A stretch of DNA of 64,000 nucleotides from the human T2T-CHM13v2.0 reference genome, Homo sapiens. Every line of letters starts with the position of its first letter. Within the stretch, counting starts at the first letter, position 1. The position numbers and the translations under genes are program-made. Location of the stretch: assembly GCF_009914755.1 (NCBI RefSeq), contig NC_060929.1; one strand, 5' to 3'. Positions 46,005 to 59,810 of the stretch are shown one piece after another. The notes below the pieces were generated by a model. The model did not search any database. It saw only the letters and a program-made list of their open reading frames with translations, and had not been told where the DNA came from.

Positions 46005-46500
46005 GTTCATTCGCTCATTCATTCATACATTCACTCACTGACACATTTACAAATATTTATACTGGTCACTGTGCCAGGCACTGCGAGACTCGGTGGTGAA
46101 CGGCAGGGATATAGCCCCTGCCCTCATGGAGTCTTGGGCTTCAGCAATTAAACATCCAATTAAATGTATAATTCTCAGTTGACATGTGACTATAAAGGAG
46201 AAAAGCAGGGGGCTGTGAGGCCTGCGTCTTCTAGGGGATCGGGGGAACCTGACTGCAGTGGTATTTGACGGCTGTCTGAAAGGTGCTTAGGGTTCACTGG
46301 GCCACTGAGAGGCAGGGAGGCCCAGGTGGAGGGAGAGCATGGGCAAAGGCCCTGAGGTGGGAGGTCACAGGTCGGCCGGCTGAAGCGGCTGCTGGACAGA
46401 GAGCTGGGGAGTGCCAGGGCTGGAGGACTCAGCTGGCCAGACCATGAAAGCTGCATAAAACACCGTAAGGAGTTTATCCTAAGAAGCTTCAGCCCTTACA
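46005..46500 (-). mobile_element. L2 fragment (further L2 at about 43540-43800, 44500-44760, 48220-48330 and 62630-63200)
   Basis: cattcattcatacattcactcactgacacatttacaaatattt...gtgccaggcactg. Confidence 0.7.
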
Positions 46501-49299
46501 GGGTGGTGAGCAGATCCTCACGAACTCTTGATGCGAAGGGAAGAGCGGACCCATTCCGGGTCTCGGGCAGTGTCTGAGCAAGGGGCCGGTGGTCTGCGCA
46601 TCTGCACACTAGGCCCTTCCTCTTCAGTCACACGCTAGAGGAACAACTCACAATTTGCACTTAGTCCTGAATCCGGGCGGTGACACAGAAGAAAGTCATA
46701 GACACTCGGGGTGGGGCAGAGGGGCCCTCACTGAGTCCTCTGCCGGCATCCAGCCCTGATGATTGATTCTAATCCAGGCCGCTTCTGAGGACACGAGGAA
46801 AAGGCTATTAGCATAGGCCCTACTGCGTACCTGGCAGACCCAAGTTCATCATCTCGGCTGACCTTACCAGCCCCCCGCTGGCATGGGTGGGGGTCCGCTG
46901 TTGTCCACAGAAAGAAAACAGGGCTGGGAGCTTGTGAGGGCCCTGCCCAAGATTCCAAGGCCCCTGCCAGCCAGATGTTTGGGGCCAAAGTCCATGCTTC
47001 CCTGCCCTGTGGGTAACACGGGGGAGATTACTGTTTGAAGTACTTTGGACAGTCACACCAGGTCAAAAGGTCTGTGTGGTCAAAAGCTACAAGGCCTGTG
47101 GCTGGGGGAGCTGTGCTGAGGACGTGATTTTGAGGCTTTCTTAGCCCAGACTTACCTTCATAGCTTCCTGGGATCTCCCAGGTCTGGGTCGTCATCGGCG
47201 CCCTTACCGGGGAGGGCTCTGCTCCCCTAAATGCCCCTGTGCACCTGCCCCAGCCCCTTCCCTCCTCCTGGTGCTTGGGTCATGTCGTTCCCTGTGCATG
47301 CCAGTCCCCTTACGTGCACATTTTTCCTCTATGATTTTTCCTGTTTTGATGAGACACTGCTCTTGGCGGTGCTGGTTCCCAAGAGGGGACCAGGCCCCGG
47401 CCTGGCCAGCTGGTCATTCAGGAACTTTGCTTCTAGGCCCAGCCCCACACCCAGCCACATTCCACTAGGGCCAGAACCTTTGAGCTCCGTGTGAATGGGG
47501 CATGTCCCACCCACCCCCAACTCCCATGGCCGCCTCCTTATCACCCTTCCCAGCTGACGGAAAAGGCCATATTCCATCCTGGAATTAGCTTTCCCCCATT
47601 TCTGTTTGCTTCCAGACTGAAGGGTGGGGAAAAAAAATGTCCTAAAGGTCACAGTGCCGTCCCAAGCCTTTGAAGTGTGGCTGCTCTCATTGGCTCCACT
47701 TAGCAGGATGAAACTGGGGCTCAGAGAGCTGCCGCAGGTGCCTGGTGCTGCTGGTCACTTCTTTGCCACCTCTGAGGGAATCACCTTAAAGGGGCCCCTG
47801 GAGCCCTCCGTAGCCCTCACACCTCATGTGCTGGGCCTGGGCTGGATTGCAGCCCTTGCTGCTATCCTCCGCAGGTGCCCTTGGACAGGGGACAGCCTGC
47901 CCAGCTGTACACAGTGGCCTTGGCAAGACCACAGCATGGCCCATAGGTGGTGGCTTCAGGATTTGGAAGCCCGGTTTCTCTAACTCCAAACTCCACAGTC
48001 AGTACTTTGGGGTTCTGGATTGTTTGTCGGCTGGGTTAGCTCTGTTCTATTTTTCCAACTGTTTCTTGCCTTTAAGCTGTGCTTTGCCTACAGGCCTTTT
48101 CTTAATTATTCAGCTCTGCCAGAGGTGCTTCTGTAGAAAGTACTTGTCCTGAGTAATTTCAAGCTTTTAATCTTACCTTTGAAGAAATATTTAACCATCC
48201 CATGCTCCTATATGTTTGTTCATTTCTTATTCATTCTTTCACCGAACAGCATTGATTCAGTGCCAGGGAGGGGCAGGGACAGAGGTGAACAAGACATGTC
48301 TCCAGCCTCAGGTAGCTCAGGTGTGTGAGGCAGTGCGCTCAAGTGGGCTCATCAGTTCCCTGACGGGGAACTAGCAGAGGAGGGCAGGAGGGCGTGGAGA
48401 GGTATGGCAACCTTGAAGGACTTTGGTGATGGTGATGATCATAGCCAGCCCTGAATAGGGTTCTCTTTATGCCTGCACCATTCTGCCCCCTCACATCTGT
48501 TAACATGCTTCATCCCCACAACCAGTCATTAGGAACAACTTACACATTGGGAAGCCAAGGCACAGAGAAGTTATTTAACCTGCCCAGCGTTGCCTGAGCC
48601 AGGGCAGAGCTGGGGTTTGAACCCAGGCCTCCTGGCTCCTGCATCTGCCCCCCTCACCACTGCACCTCACTGCATGCACGGGAGCTCTTTGGATGCAGGG
48701 ATGGGAGCGGTGTGTGCAAGCCTCAGAGCTGTGACCGTGAAAGAAACAGACTGCTCTGAGGCTTTGCTGCAGAATCTGGGCCAGCAGGTGTCTGGGAGGA
48801 AGCCACCCTTGGGCTGGGGCCAAGCATGGGTCCTGGGGTCAGGACAAGGAGAGGGACTGGTGCTTGAGTCCTTTTGGAGCTGCAGATCCATGGTGGGGCT
48901 TCTGAATGATCTTGTGTGAGGAAGGAGTCCAGGGTGTTAGCCACGCCTGTGTTTCTTTGTGAGCACAAAAACATATTCCATAGCCAGAGTTCCACAGTGT
49001 TTGGAGCTCTGCCTGAGAACCTAGGCTGGGACTGTGTGGGGAGGAAGGGCCGGCGAGAGCGGATGTAGGCTGAGCCAGCCTCGGCTGGAGACCGGCCCTG
49101 GCACTGACTGCCTGGGGTCACTCTGGGTGAAACTCATCCACCCTCCTGGGCACTCTGCGCTCTGCTTCAAATCCACCGCCGAAAACAAGCTGAGTCCTGC
49201 CCCAGCCTGCAGGGCCTGTGGGATGTGTCCTCCATCCGCCTCGCTGACCTCGTCCCATGCCACCTGCCCCTCCCTGCGTGCCAGCCGCAGTGGCCACCG

Positions 49300-49810
49300 C
49301 TGCTGCTGACACAGGCCAGCCACACACCCACCTCAGAGTCTTGGCCAAGCACTGGCCATTCCCTCTGCTCAGAATGCTCTTCCCAGGCACTTGGCGTAGT
49401 GGCTCCCTCCCTTCCCTCGGGTCTCTGCCCTGACCTCACCCAGCCTGCAGTGCCCTCTGTCCGGCTCTGTCAGACCCACGTGTTCTCTTTCATAGCTCCT
49501 CCCACCCTCTGGAACAGTCCCATCTCCCTTTGGCTTGTTTATTATCTGTCCCCTCCATGGGAACCTCGGTTCCTCAGAGGCGCAGGCTTTGCCTGTCTTG
49601 TTCATGCCTGTTGCCCCAGTGCCATCAATGGAGCCTGGCACTTGTGGATGCTGACTACTCGTTGGCTGAATGAATGAACCTCAGTTGCCTTATTTGTAAA
49701 ATGGGAAGCATCACACTGATCTACTAACGTTGCTGTAAAGACGAAAGGCATGTTATTTGGGTCAAGACACCCAGCACTGTGCCTGACACATAGTAGGTAC
49801 TTAGGAAGTG
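49300..49810 (+). mobile_element. L2 3' end followed by MIR
   Basis: ggagcctggcacttgtggatgct...gaatgaatgaa, then cctcagttgccttatttgtaaaatggg. Confidence 0.7.
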
Positions 49811-50089
49811 GTAAATAATGCGTGTGTCAGCCAAAGTGTGAATTACTGGCCTTGTTTAGACAAAGTGTACACGGCATAGCTCTATTTTTTGACATTGCCA
49901 GGATAGCCTGGTGCTCCCCAGCTCTAAAACTCAGGGTGATAGGTGGGGCAGAATAAGGTAAGGGCAGAAAAGAAAAGAGGAGGAAGTGAAAAGGAAGAAG
50001 CCCTTTGCAGTGTGGACTACTTTTCAGTAGAAACGTAGAAAGCCATAGTTTACCTCAAGGCCTCGCTTTGTCCACTGGAAAGTTTATAA

Positions 50090-50479
<390 letters not shown>

Positions 50480-51116
50480 TGGCACAAGATAAGGGGGGAG
50501 ATAAGGAAGTGCAGTAGAGGAAAATGTAGGTGGAGACTTCCTTACACCATCGAGACCACACAAATGGGCATGTGTTTATAGAAAGGCCCAGTGGTGAGGA
50601 TGGCAATGGTGGTGAGCACTCCCGAGCACAAAGGTGGATGCCCTTCAGCTGTAAGATCCCTTTTCCTTGAAGAATTCTCCACAGCAAGCTGGCTGGCCAG
50701 CCTTGACTTTTCTCTTCCTGAAGGGAGCCTGGTTCTCTACTGACTCAGCAGGGAATGTGTCCTTTAGTGCTACTTATTGATGTCAGGATATGAAAAACTT
50801 CCCCAACCTCAAATTTGGGACGTCCTTACCAGTGTTTCTCAAATTTCAATCACTCTAGGGCTACTGTCACAGTTTGTGCCACACCTACATCTACTCCTAC
50901 TGTTATATGCTTTGTATTTTATTTAAATGGACTCACTTTTTAAAAAGCTTGCATAGATGAGTTTTAAAAGGCAAACAATTTACCTTCTCTCTAAAATGGA
51001 AGACCAGGATCACCTGCCATGAGTCCAAGGTACCTGTGAAAGTCAAAGCAGTGAGATGAAAGTTCTAGCATAGAGCTATTGCTGGTAGACAGTTCTGTGC
51101 CTGAAGCTGAGCCTTC

Positions 51117-51395
51117 TATTTATTTATACGCACATATATACATACATACGAACTCTCCCTCTGTCACCCAGGCTGGAGTGCAGTGGTGCAATCCCAGCTC
51201 ACTGCAACCTCAGCCTCCCCATTAGCAGGGACTACAGGTAGCACACCATCACACCTGGCTAATTTTTGTATTTTTAGTAGAGGCAGGGTTTCGTCATATT
51301 GGCCAGGCTGCTGTCGAACTCCTGACCTCAAGTGATCCGCCCACCTCGGCCTCCCATAGTGCTGGGATTACAGGCGTGAGCCATCGTGCCTGGCC
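51117..51395 (-). mobile_element. Alu with an internal deletion, inside a hAT-Charlie-like relic (about 50830-51580)
   Basis: Reverse-complement Alu lacking the ttcaagcgattctcctg segment. Confidence 0.85.
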
Positions 51396-52058
51396 TAGTC
51401 TTCTTTTTACTAAAAAGTGAGATTATTAAGTGTAAAAAGACCTACTAGTACCAAATGAGATTTTTTTCTAAACTCGATTATGAGAATTGAAAGAAAAGTG
51501 GAAAAATAATCACTTCTTCTGTGGGTGATTTGTGTTATTTGCTGCCCAATCTGGGTTCCACCTAAAACCGTCTCAGGTACACCACTGCGCAGCCTCCCAG
51601 AACCACCCACCTCCTTCCTGACGGCCAGGAGACAAAGGACCCTTGGGCGCGATCAGCCGCACCTTCAGGCTGAGTGGCCAGGAGTCCTCCCGTGGCCCAG
51701 CCCACCTCTCTCTTTCAGGAATTCAAGTCAGCGTTTTTGTTGGTCCGGATCTGAAGCCACTTCTTCCAGGCAGCTGCCCCTGATCTCTCAACTTCATAGC
51801 ATTTTGGCTCTTTAAAAAAAAAGAAAGAAAAAAACCAAACGTGTGACTTTCTTAGAGGTGTTAGAATTATCCTCCTGGTATGTTGTTATTCTGACTTAAT
51901 TCCGAGAGCAGGGCTTTGTCACACGGAGCTGGTACCTACTGTGTCACAGCACTGCATGTGGCTCAACAGGCCAGGGCTTTTAATCGCTTTTGACATCTAC
52001 TCTCTGAAGAAATACATTTATATCACAACCCAGTGTACAATACATGAAAACTCAACAT

Positions 52059-52662
<604 letters not shown>

Positions 52663-53152
52663 AAGAGAAGGATAAATACCACATTTAGGAGAGTATTTCT
52701 CCTGGGATGGGATGGAGATGGGTCAAAATGGAAAGTGCAGACAGAAGAGGAATATAGGGGCTGTCTTTTTTTTTTTAAATGCTGGTTGCAATCTACTACT
52801 TTGATTTTTTAACTCACTAGTCATCGTCATCTGCAGTTGGTAAAAACATTGTTGTAGAGGGTTAAAGCATGAACCATATTAACATGTCCCCCCCCCTTTT
52901 TTTTTGAGCACCTATTATATGCTGGGCACAGTGCTGAACACTGTCTCATTTTGTCCTAACCACGTTTTGCGTATCAGGCCACTGAGTCTCAGAGAGGGAC
53001 ATCACTTAAGCCCGGCTCACACAGCAAGTAAGAGCAAATTAAGATTCCAGCCTGGGTCAGCCTGACTTATTTTCATGTCCTTGAGGCCTTGGAGCAGTTC
53101 CCTTGTGTATCTGCTGCAAAGCCTTGCTCAACGCTCTTCCCAGAGGAAGTGA

Positions 53153-53541
<389 letters not shown>

Positions 53542-53609
53542 TAAGCCAGTGCAAAGGGTTCCCAAATGTGGCTGATGACTTGGTTTTCTTTCTTTCTAAA
53601 TGTTTAAGG

Positions 53610-54230
53610 AATTTTTAAATTGAGGTATTGCAGATTGTAAAGTGTTCTTATCTTAAGTATACAGCTCAATGGCTTTTTTACCTGATACCCCCATGTGGCC
53701 ACCCCCAGATCAAGGTGCACACCACTTTCAGTACCCCAGAAAGCTCCTGCATATGCCTCTTCCCAGCCAGCACCCCCACCACGGGGTGACCTATCTCCTG
53801 ACTTCCCTCCCCTTGCTTTAGTCTTGCCTGTTCTTCAGGTCACACACGTGGAATCATATGATCTGATCTGTGTGTGTTGGACTTCTTTCATCCCATGTCC
53901 CATCTGTGGGATTCATTCATGTGGTCGGATCAGTGCTTCATTCTTTTTTATTGTTATAGTACCTGATTGGGGTACTTTTGAGCTTATTTTTTATTTCATA
54001 GACTATTTTGGACATATAGAATCATATAGAATCACACCCACCTCCCATCCTAAGAAGCAAACCTTAAGCCCCTATATTCCTCTTCTGTCTGCACTTTCCA
54101 TTTTGACCCATCTCCATCCCATCCCAGGAGAAATACTCTCCTAAATGTGGTATTTATCCTTCCCATGCAAGTTGGTAAATTTGTACTACCTATGTACAAT
54201 TTCTTAACAGATCCTTTGAGTGAGTATAAA
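53610..54230 (-). mobile_element. L1ME-like 3' end fragments
   Basis: tttttaaattgaggta...tcttaagtatacagctcaatg...accacccagatcaag-like; tggaatcatatg. Confidence 0.65.
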
Positions 54231-55135
54231 CTCTCTTTTTCTTATTTGGTATTGCCGAGTCCAATTAAATTTTAATTTAAATGTTCCAAGTGTTTCTGGG
54301 ATTCAGAACCTCAGCTCCATGCTCTAGAGGTCAAGACAGTTGGAGCAAAGTCCAGAAGGAAAGGCCAACTGGGGAGAGGCAGGAGGAGAGCAGAGTGGGG
54401 AGAGAAGCGGAGGGAGGTGGGTGTGGGAGGGAGATGCTCACAGCCCTCAGCAGCCATGATCTGGTGGGGGCCCCTGCCGCTGCCCTGGTTTTTCTCTCAT
54501 CTTGGACCTATGGGGAATGCACCGTGCCCCTCTTTCTGGCCTAATTTCCTGTGTCCACTGGTGCCACCTCTTTGCAGAGGCAGCCTTCAGAGGGATTTGT
54601 GGGGGAGAAGGAGCTTCTCCTTTGGGAAGAAAATGCTTGTGGTCCTCCATGTACCCTACACCCTGCAGCTGCGTCACAGGGGAAGCACTCCCCCATGGGG
54701 GCCAGGCGCTGTGCTAAGCCTTTTCCCTGTACTAACATGTGAACCCCCTCTGAGCAAGCCAGCGAAGTGAGCACTATTTGACAGCCTGAGAAACTGAAGC
54801 ACAGGGCAGTGAAGTGAATTCCCCGAGGCCACAGCTAGCAAGTGGCAGAGCTGGGACTTGAACCCAGAAAGGGCAGCTCCAGGCTCACCACCCGTATACT
54901 CTCCAGTCTATTGTCTAGTGGAGGCACGGGCGGCCCAGGGGCCTTCCCCGATGCTTATCTCATTCTGTAACTCTGCATTCTCAGTGGAGGTTTTCTTGAC
55001 TCTAGCTCCAGGCAGGCAGAGACTGCCTTTGTTTGGCTCCCATTTTTATCATTAGCAGAGCAGGTGCTAGTGATATTTGCAGAACAGGTGCTGAATGAAT
55101 GCATGAACAAATGCATGAATGTGGAAATGAAAGGG

Positions 55136-55212
55136 GATGCAGATGGAGATGATGCAGATGGAGATGATGATGCAGATGGAGATGATGCAGATGGAGATGA
55201 TGCAGATGGAGA
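55136..55212 (+). repeat. 15-bp minisatellite (GATGCAGATGGAGAT) about x5
   Basis: Units start at 55136, 55151 (followed by an extra GAT), 55169, 55184 and 55199 (partial). Confidence 0.95.
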
Positions 55213-56469
55213 GCAGTGGCCATGCAGAGTCTTTGCAGACCTTGGCTTGGCTTCAGGCTGTGGGGGCTCTGCAAGCCAAGGGTTTGAGTTCCACCTCCAG
55301 TGCTTGCCAGCAATGCCACCTTGGGTGACCTTTATCGTGCTACCTGGAAAGTGGGGATGCTGGCAGCCCCTCCCTCCTGGCATCACTGACACTGCATGGT
55401 CAGGGTGTGATCCCTTTGGGTACAGGCGGGGGTGGTGGACCTCCCAGGTGGGCAGGTCCAGTTTGGATGAAAGGCCAAGGACGATTCATAGGAGAGCACA
55501 GGAGTCCTTGCTTAGCCCCAGCAATTCCACAGAACCTGCTGTGAACTGCTGGCTGCTGCCCGTAACTTTTCCCTGTCCCTATTTCCACTCCTTGGAGGCC
55601 GCAAGAACAACTGCTGGCTGGCCTTGGCCACTGCCTCAGTGTTCCAGCCTCTGCCATCATTTGACACCAAGAAGACAGCCAGGCAGGCCTTGGCTCACTG
55701 CAGAGGTGTTACTCCACCCCCGAGTCCTAGCCGCCCCCTGTCCTCTGGGTCCTGGCTGGGCTGGGCAGGAGGGCACTCACCTCTCCCTTCTCTCTCTGCC
55801 CTAGCATGAACCAGCAGAGGGGCTCTCAATCCTGGTGCTGGGCAGTGGGTCTAGATTTCCCTTTCCATCTGCAAATATACCCACCATTTCCCTTCCCTGC
55901 ATTCTGCGCTCAGCAGGGCTATTCACAGGAAGCACAGAGGACCTCTCCTTCACAGTGAGCAGTTGACCTTTTTTGAGCACCTACTGAATGCCAAGGGTTT
56001 TTTCTACATTTCAATTTGTGATCTCATTTGTTTCTCAAAATCTCCCTAGGAGGGAGACGTAATGCCCCTCCCCATTTTACTGATGAGTAAACTGAGGCTC
56101 CAAGAGATTCAGCCAGTTGCTTAGCAGAGTCAGGATTTGAGCCGAAAGCTGGGTTGTCTCTACTCCCCTCCATGCTGCTCTGCAGAAGAGAGAAGCCATA
56201 GAAAGCTCAGGAATGTAGTGACAGTCGCAGCGCTAGCGATGATGATAATCACAGCTCACATCCACCATGTGCTTGCTACGTGCTGGGAGCTGCTATTCAA
56301 GCCTTACATGCGTTTCTGCATTTAATCCTTACTCCTGTGAGGTAAGCAGTATTTTAACCCCATTTTACAGATGTAAAACACTGGCGGTTCAGAGAAAAAT
56401 CTGTCCAAAGTCATGCAGCTAATGCATGAGACAGCAGAGCCCCTGGCTCTGAAAATCCGTGGAGATTGA

Positions 56470-57030
56470 AATACCAAGCACACTGGTTCATCCAGACAGT
56501 GGGATATTGTTCAGGATTGAAAGGTAATGAGCTAGAAAAATGTGAAAAGACATGGAGGAACCTTACATGCCTCTTACTAAATGAAAGAAGCCAATCTGAA
56601 AAGGTTCTATACCATATGATTTTCACTCTGTGACATTCTGGAAAAGGCAAAACTATGGAGACGGTAAAAGATCAGCGGTTGCCAGGGGTTGCGGGAGGGA
56701 GGGATGAATAGGCGGAGCACGGAGGATTTTTAGGGCAGTGAAACTGTGTGTGATGCTGCAGTGATTGATACGTGTCATTAGACATTTGTCTAAACCGAAG
56801 GAATGTACAACACCAAGAGTGACCCCTGATGTCAAGTATGGACTTTGGGAGACAATGATGAGTCAGTGTTCATTCATCAATCATAACAAATGTACCCTGT
56901 GGTACAGGATGTTGATAGTGAGGGAGGCTGTGCATGTGTGGGGACAGGCAGGATATGGGAAATCGCTATCTTCTGCTCAATTTTGCTGTAAACCTAAAAC
57001 TGCTCTAAAAATATAGCCTATGTTTTAAAA
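56470..57030 (+). mobile_element. L1MC/MD-like 3' end, flanked upstream by MIRs (about 55960-56450)
   Basis: catggaggaaccttacatgc...aagccaatctgaaaagg...ttctgctcaattttgctgtaaacctaaaactgctctaaaaa. Confidence 0.85.
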
Positions 57031-59384
57031 GAGGGAAAAAAGAAAAACAGGTTCACGATGCACTTGGTGCTTGAGCCACCACAACCCCCAGCAGTGATGT
57101 GCAGCAGGGCGTGGCTCTGCACTCTGCGGGGGCTTCCCGGGCTGGCTTAGCTGTGGGATCATCTTCTCCAGTGGTTCTTCCAGGCCTGCTGTCAGGTGCA
57201 GTTTGAAATCCAGTTCAGGAGTGCACCTTGCGTGGGGAGCTGGAGGGAGGCAATGGTTGCTGTTGGGTGACTAGCAGAGGCTGAGGGAATGGCAGGCATG
57301 CCAGGGCTCTGCCAGTGTATAGACAGATCTTCCCCCCTGGGGAGGAGGAAGGAGGAGGTGAGGGGGGTGACAACAACATTCTTTGGTCCCCATTCCCCAG
57401 GACAGCGTGTGCTCAGGGGAGGCTGGCCTCACCCCTGCCAGGGAATTGCAAAATTCAGCTTCAGTTGAATGAGTGTCCTTTGGAAAAGTACATTTTGCTC
57501 AGGAGCCAAGTAAAACTGAGGACTCTGCAGCCAGCACACTGAAGTCGCTAGCCATGACTCACACCGAGTGGGATGGGGAGGGCCAAGCTGGGAGGCAAGC
57601 CATGGCTCTCTGGTGGGTCCAGGCTCCCTCTGGCGCCAGACCCCTCGGCTGGGCTCAGGTCCCTCAGCTGGGATATTTCGTGTGCCAGAGGTAGCAGCCT
57701 CAGATGGCTTTGTCAGGGTTCAGACTCTCCTTGCTATTTAGAAAAGATGTTGTCTCTAAGAAGTCATGGAGAAAATGAATCACTGTAAAAATCAAATTTT
57801 CTTATCCACTTGCATTATTGGTTTAGAGATGGCTTCTCTCCAAGATAAGTTTTTGGTAGACTGCAGATCAAAATGTTTAGGGGCATCTGGGGGTGTCATG
57901 AGAAGAGCCCCAGATGGGACACCCGTTCTTCCTTGTGACATTAGGGAATTTGGTACAGCTTTCTGGATCAGTTTTTGCCTTTAAGATGCATCTGGACTCA
58001 TCAAACCCAGAAAGTGTAGAGCAAATATTCCTATTCCCATGTCCTTGGCAGACATTGCTAATCTATCTCAGGGCTCCAACAGAGTTGGGTCTCAGCCTTA
58101 CCAGCCTGGCAGCCACTAGACTTGATCCCTGAGATGAAACCTCTTGACCACACAGGAACTCCATGATCTTGAAGCTCCCTTCTGGCTCTATAACTTTTAT
58201 GTCTCTCTCTCTCTTCTTGCTGTATCTTTCATTCTACTGACTATTCTGATACAAAAATACTTCACGTTCAAGATTTAAGGCCAAGTTCACAAACTGATAA
58301 TACTCAGGCCAAATCTGACCCACAGAAGTGTTTCCTTTGCTTTGCGTATTATTTTATTTTTGAAACACTTGCCATCATTTTTTAATTGGTGATTTTACCT
58401 AATTCCCCAGATTTCTGGTTTCACTTAACGGGCTGCCCTCGGACCCCTTGGTTCCAGCCATGTGCCAAGCTGGGAGGCTTTCTATGGACTCCACAGTTTG
58501 CCACAGGCCACACCCAGCCCACTTCTCTAATTTCCAGTTCCTGCCTATTCTCAGTAGGCATTTTTCTACTCCAGACAAGTATACTTCTGTCCCACATGTA
58601 AGGCCTGGCTGTCTCTCATTTGCTGATGTGAGCTGCTAGATGACCAACGCTCCGGTCTGTTAACTCACTTGGGATGCTGACGTTTCCTGGAATCTCTTTC
58701 AGAGGGAAAGGTGTTTCCTCTCTATGAATCATAACTGCCTGATGAATTAGTTTTACATTTTTATTTTCTCATGTGGGCTTTCCTCAAAGCAGGGGCTCAG
58801 TTATGCCATGAACTGTTGAAGAAAGCACAAGTTGAGGCAGATATGGGAAATTTAGCAGGGGGAGCGGGGAGCAGAGCCCTTCCCTCCCTCTCGCAGCCAC
58901 TCCCTTCCTCCCCGCCTGCCTGCCTGGATCTCCTCTGCAAAGCCTCATTGCTGGTGGGTGGTGAGGAAGCCAAGTGGCTCCCCGAGGGTACTTGCCTGCA
59001 CAGCTCAGGTGAGCTCTTGGCTCAGGAAAGACTCACAGTCTTCCCTGGCTCAGCGGGCCTTTTGCTGCTTAAAGATGATGCTCGCCACTTCAGATCACAG
59101 TGCCAGCCCCTGGGGAACCCCAAGATGCGTAAGACAACCTCCTGCCCTTGAGGAATTCACAGCTTTGAGGGGAAGACACCAATAGTATTAATGAGGCAGT
59201 GTGGGCCGTGCTGTTTTTTGTGAATGCAGTCCACGCATGCTCAGTGACATCAATCATCGCATGTGCCCGGTAGTAACAGGGAGACCTCAGGGGCTGCAGA
59301 GGTCCCCGTGGGGGCACTTCATCCGGCCTGAGGCTGATTGGAGATGGCTTCTCAGAGAAAGGGATGCGTGAGCTGAGTTTTCAA

Positions 59385-59810
59385 TTGCCCGAGACCTCTG
59401 ACCTCACTGGCCACTCCAGCTGTATCAGCCTCGCTGCTGTTCCAGGAACCTGCCAGATACGCTCCCTGCCTCGAGGCCTTTGCACTTGCTGTCCCTTCTG
59501 CCTGGAATGCTCTTCCCTGGCTATCCCTGTGGCTGTTGTCTCACTTAATTCCGATCTCCATTTGCATGTCATGATCTCCTTGTCTGATGAGCCCCATCCG
59601 AAGGGCCCTGGCATTACACTATTTCCTTAACCTGTTTTATTTTTCTTCATAACGCTTATCAGCACTGACATATATGAGTTCATTCACTGTTGGTCTCTCC
59701 CACTAGGAGATAATCTAGGTGAAGACTGGGAGATTTGTGTCTGACCTCCGATGTGCTCCCAGCACCTAGATCAGTGTGTGGTCCACAGTAAGCACTAGAG
59801 GATGCAAAGT
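59385..59810 (+). mobile_element. L2 fragment
   Basis: ccactccagctg...ggcctttgcacttgctgtcccttctgcctggaatgctcttccc...cccagcacctaga. Confidence 0.8.

Noticed and set aside
48292-48301. Perfect p53 half-site AGACATGTCT
   Set aside because: No adjacent second half-site, and it lies in an L2 relic.
51970-52012. TTTGACATCTAC (FDIY) resembling the start of ERGIC1 exon 2, in phase with an upstream CAG
   Set aside because: There is no AG directly before it and no pyrimidine tract at the upstream AG. The peptide continues SLKK rather than RKVPKD and then runs into an Alu. A chance 12-nt match.
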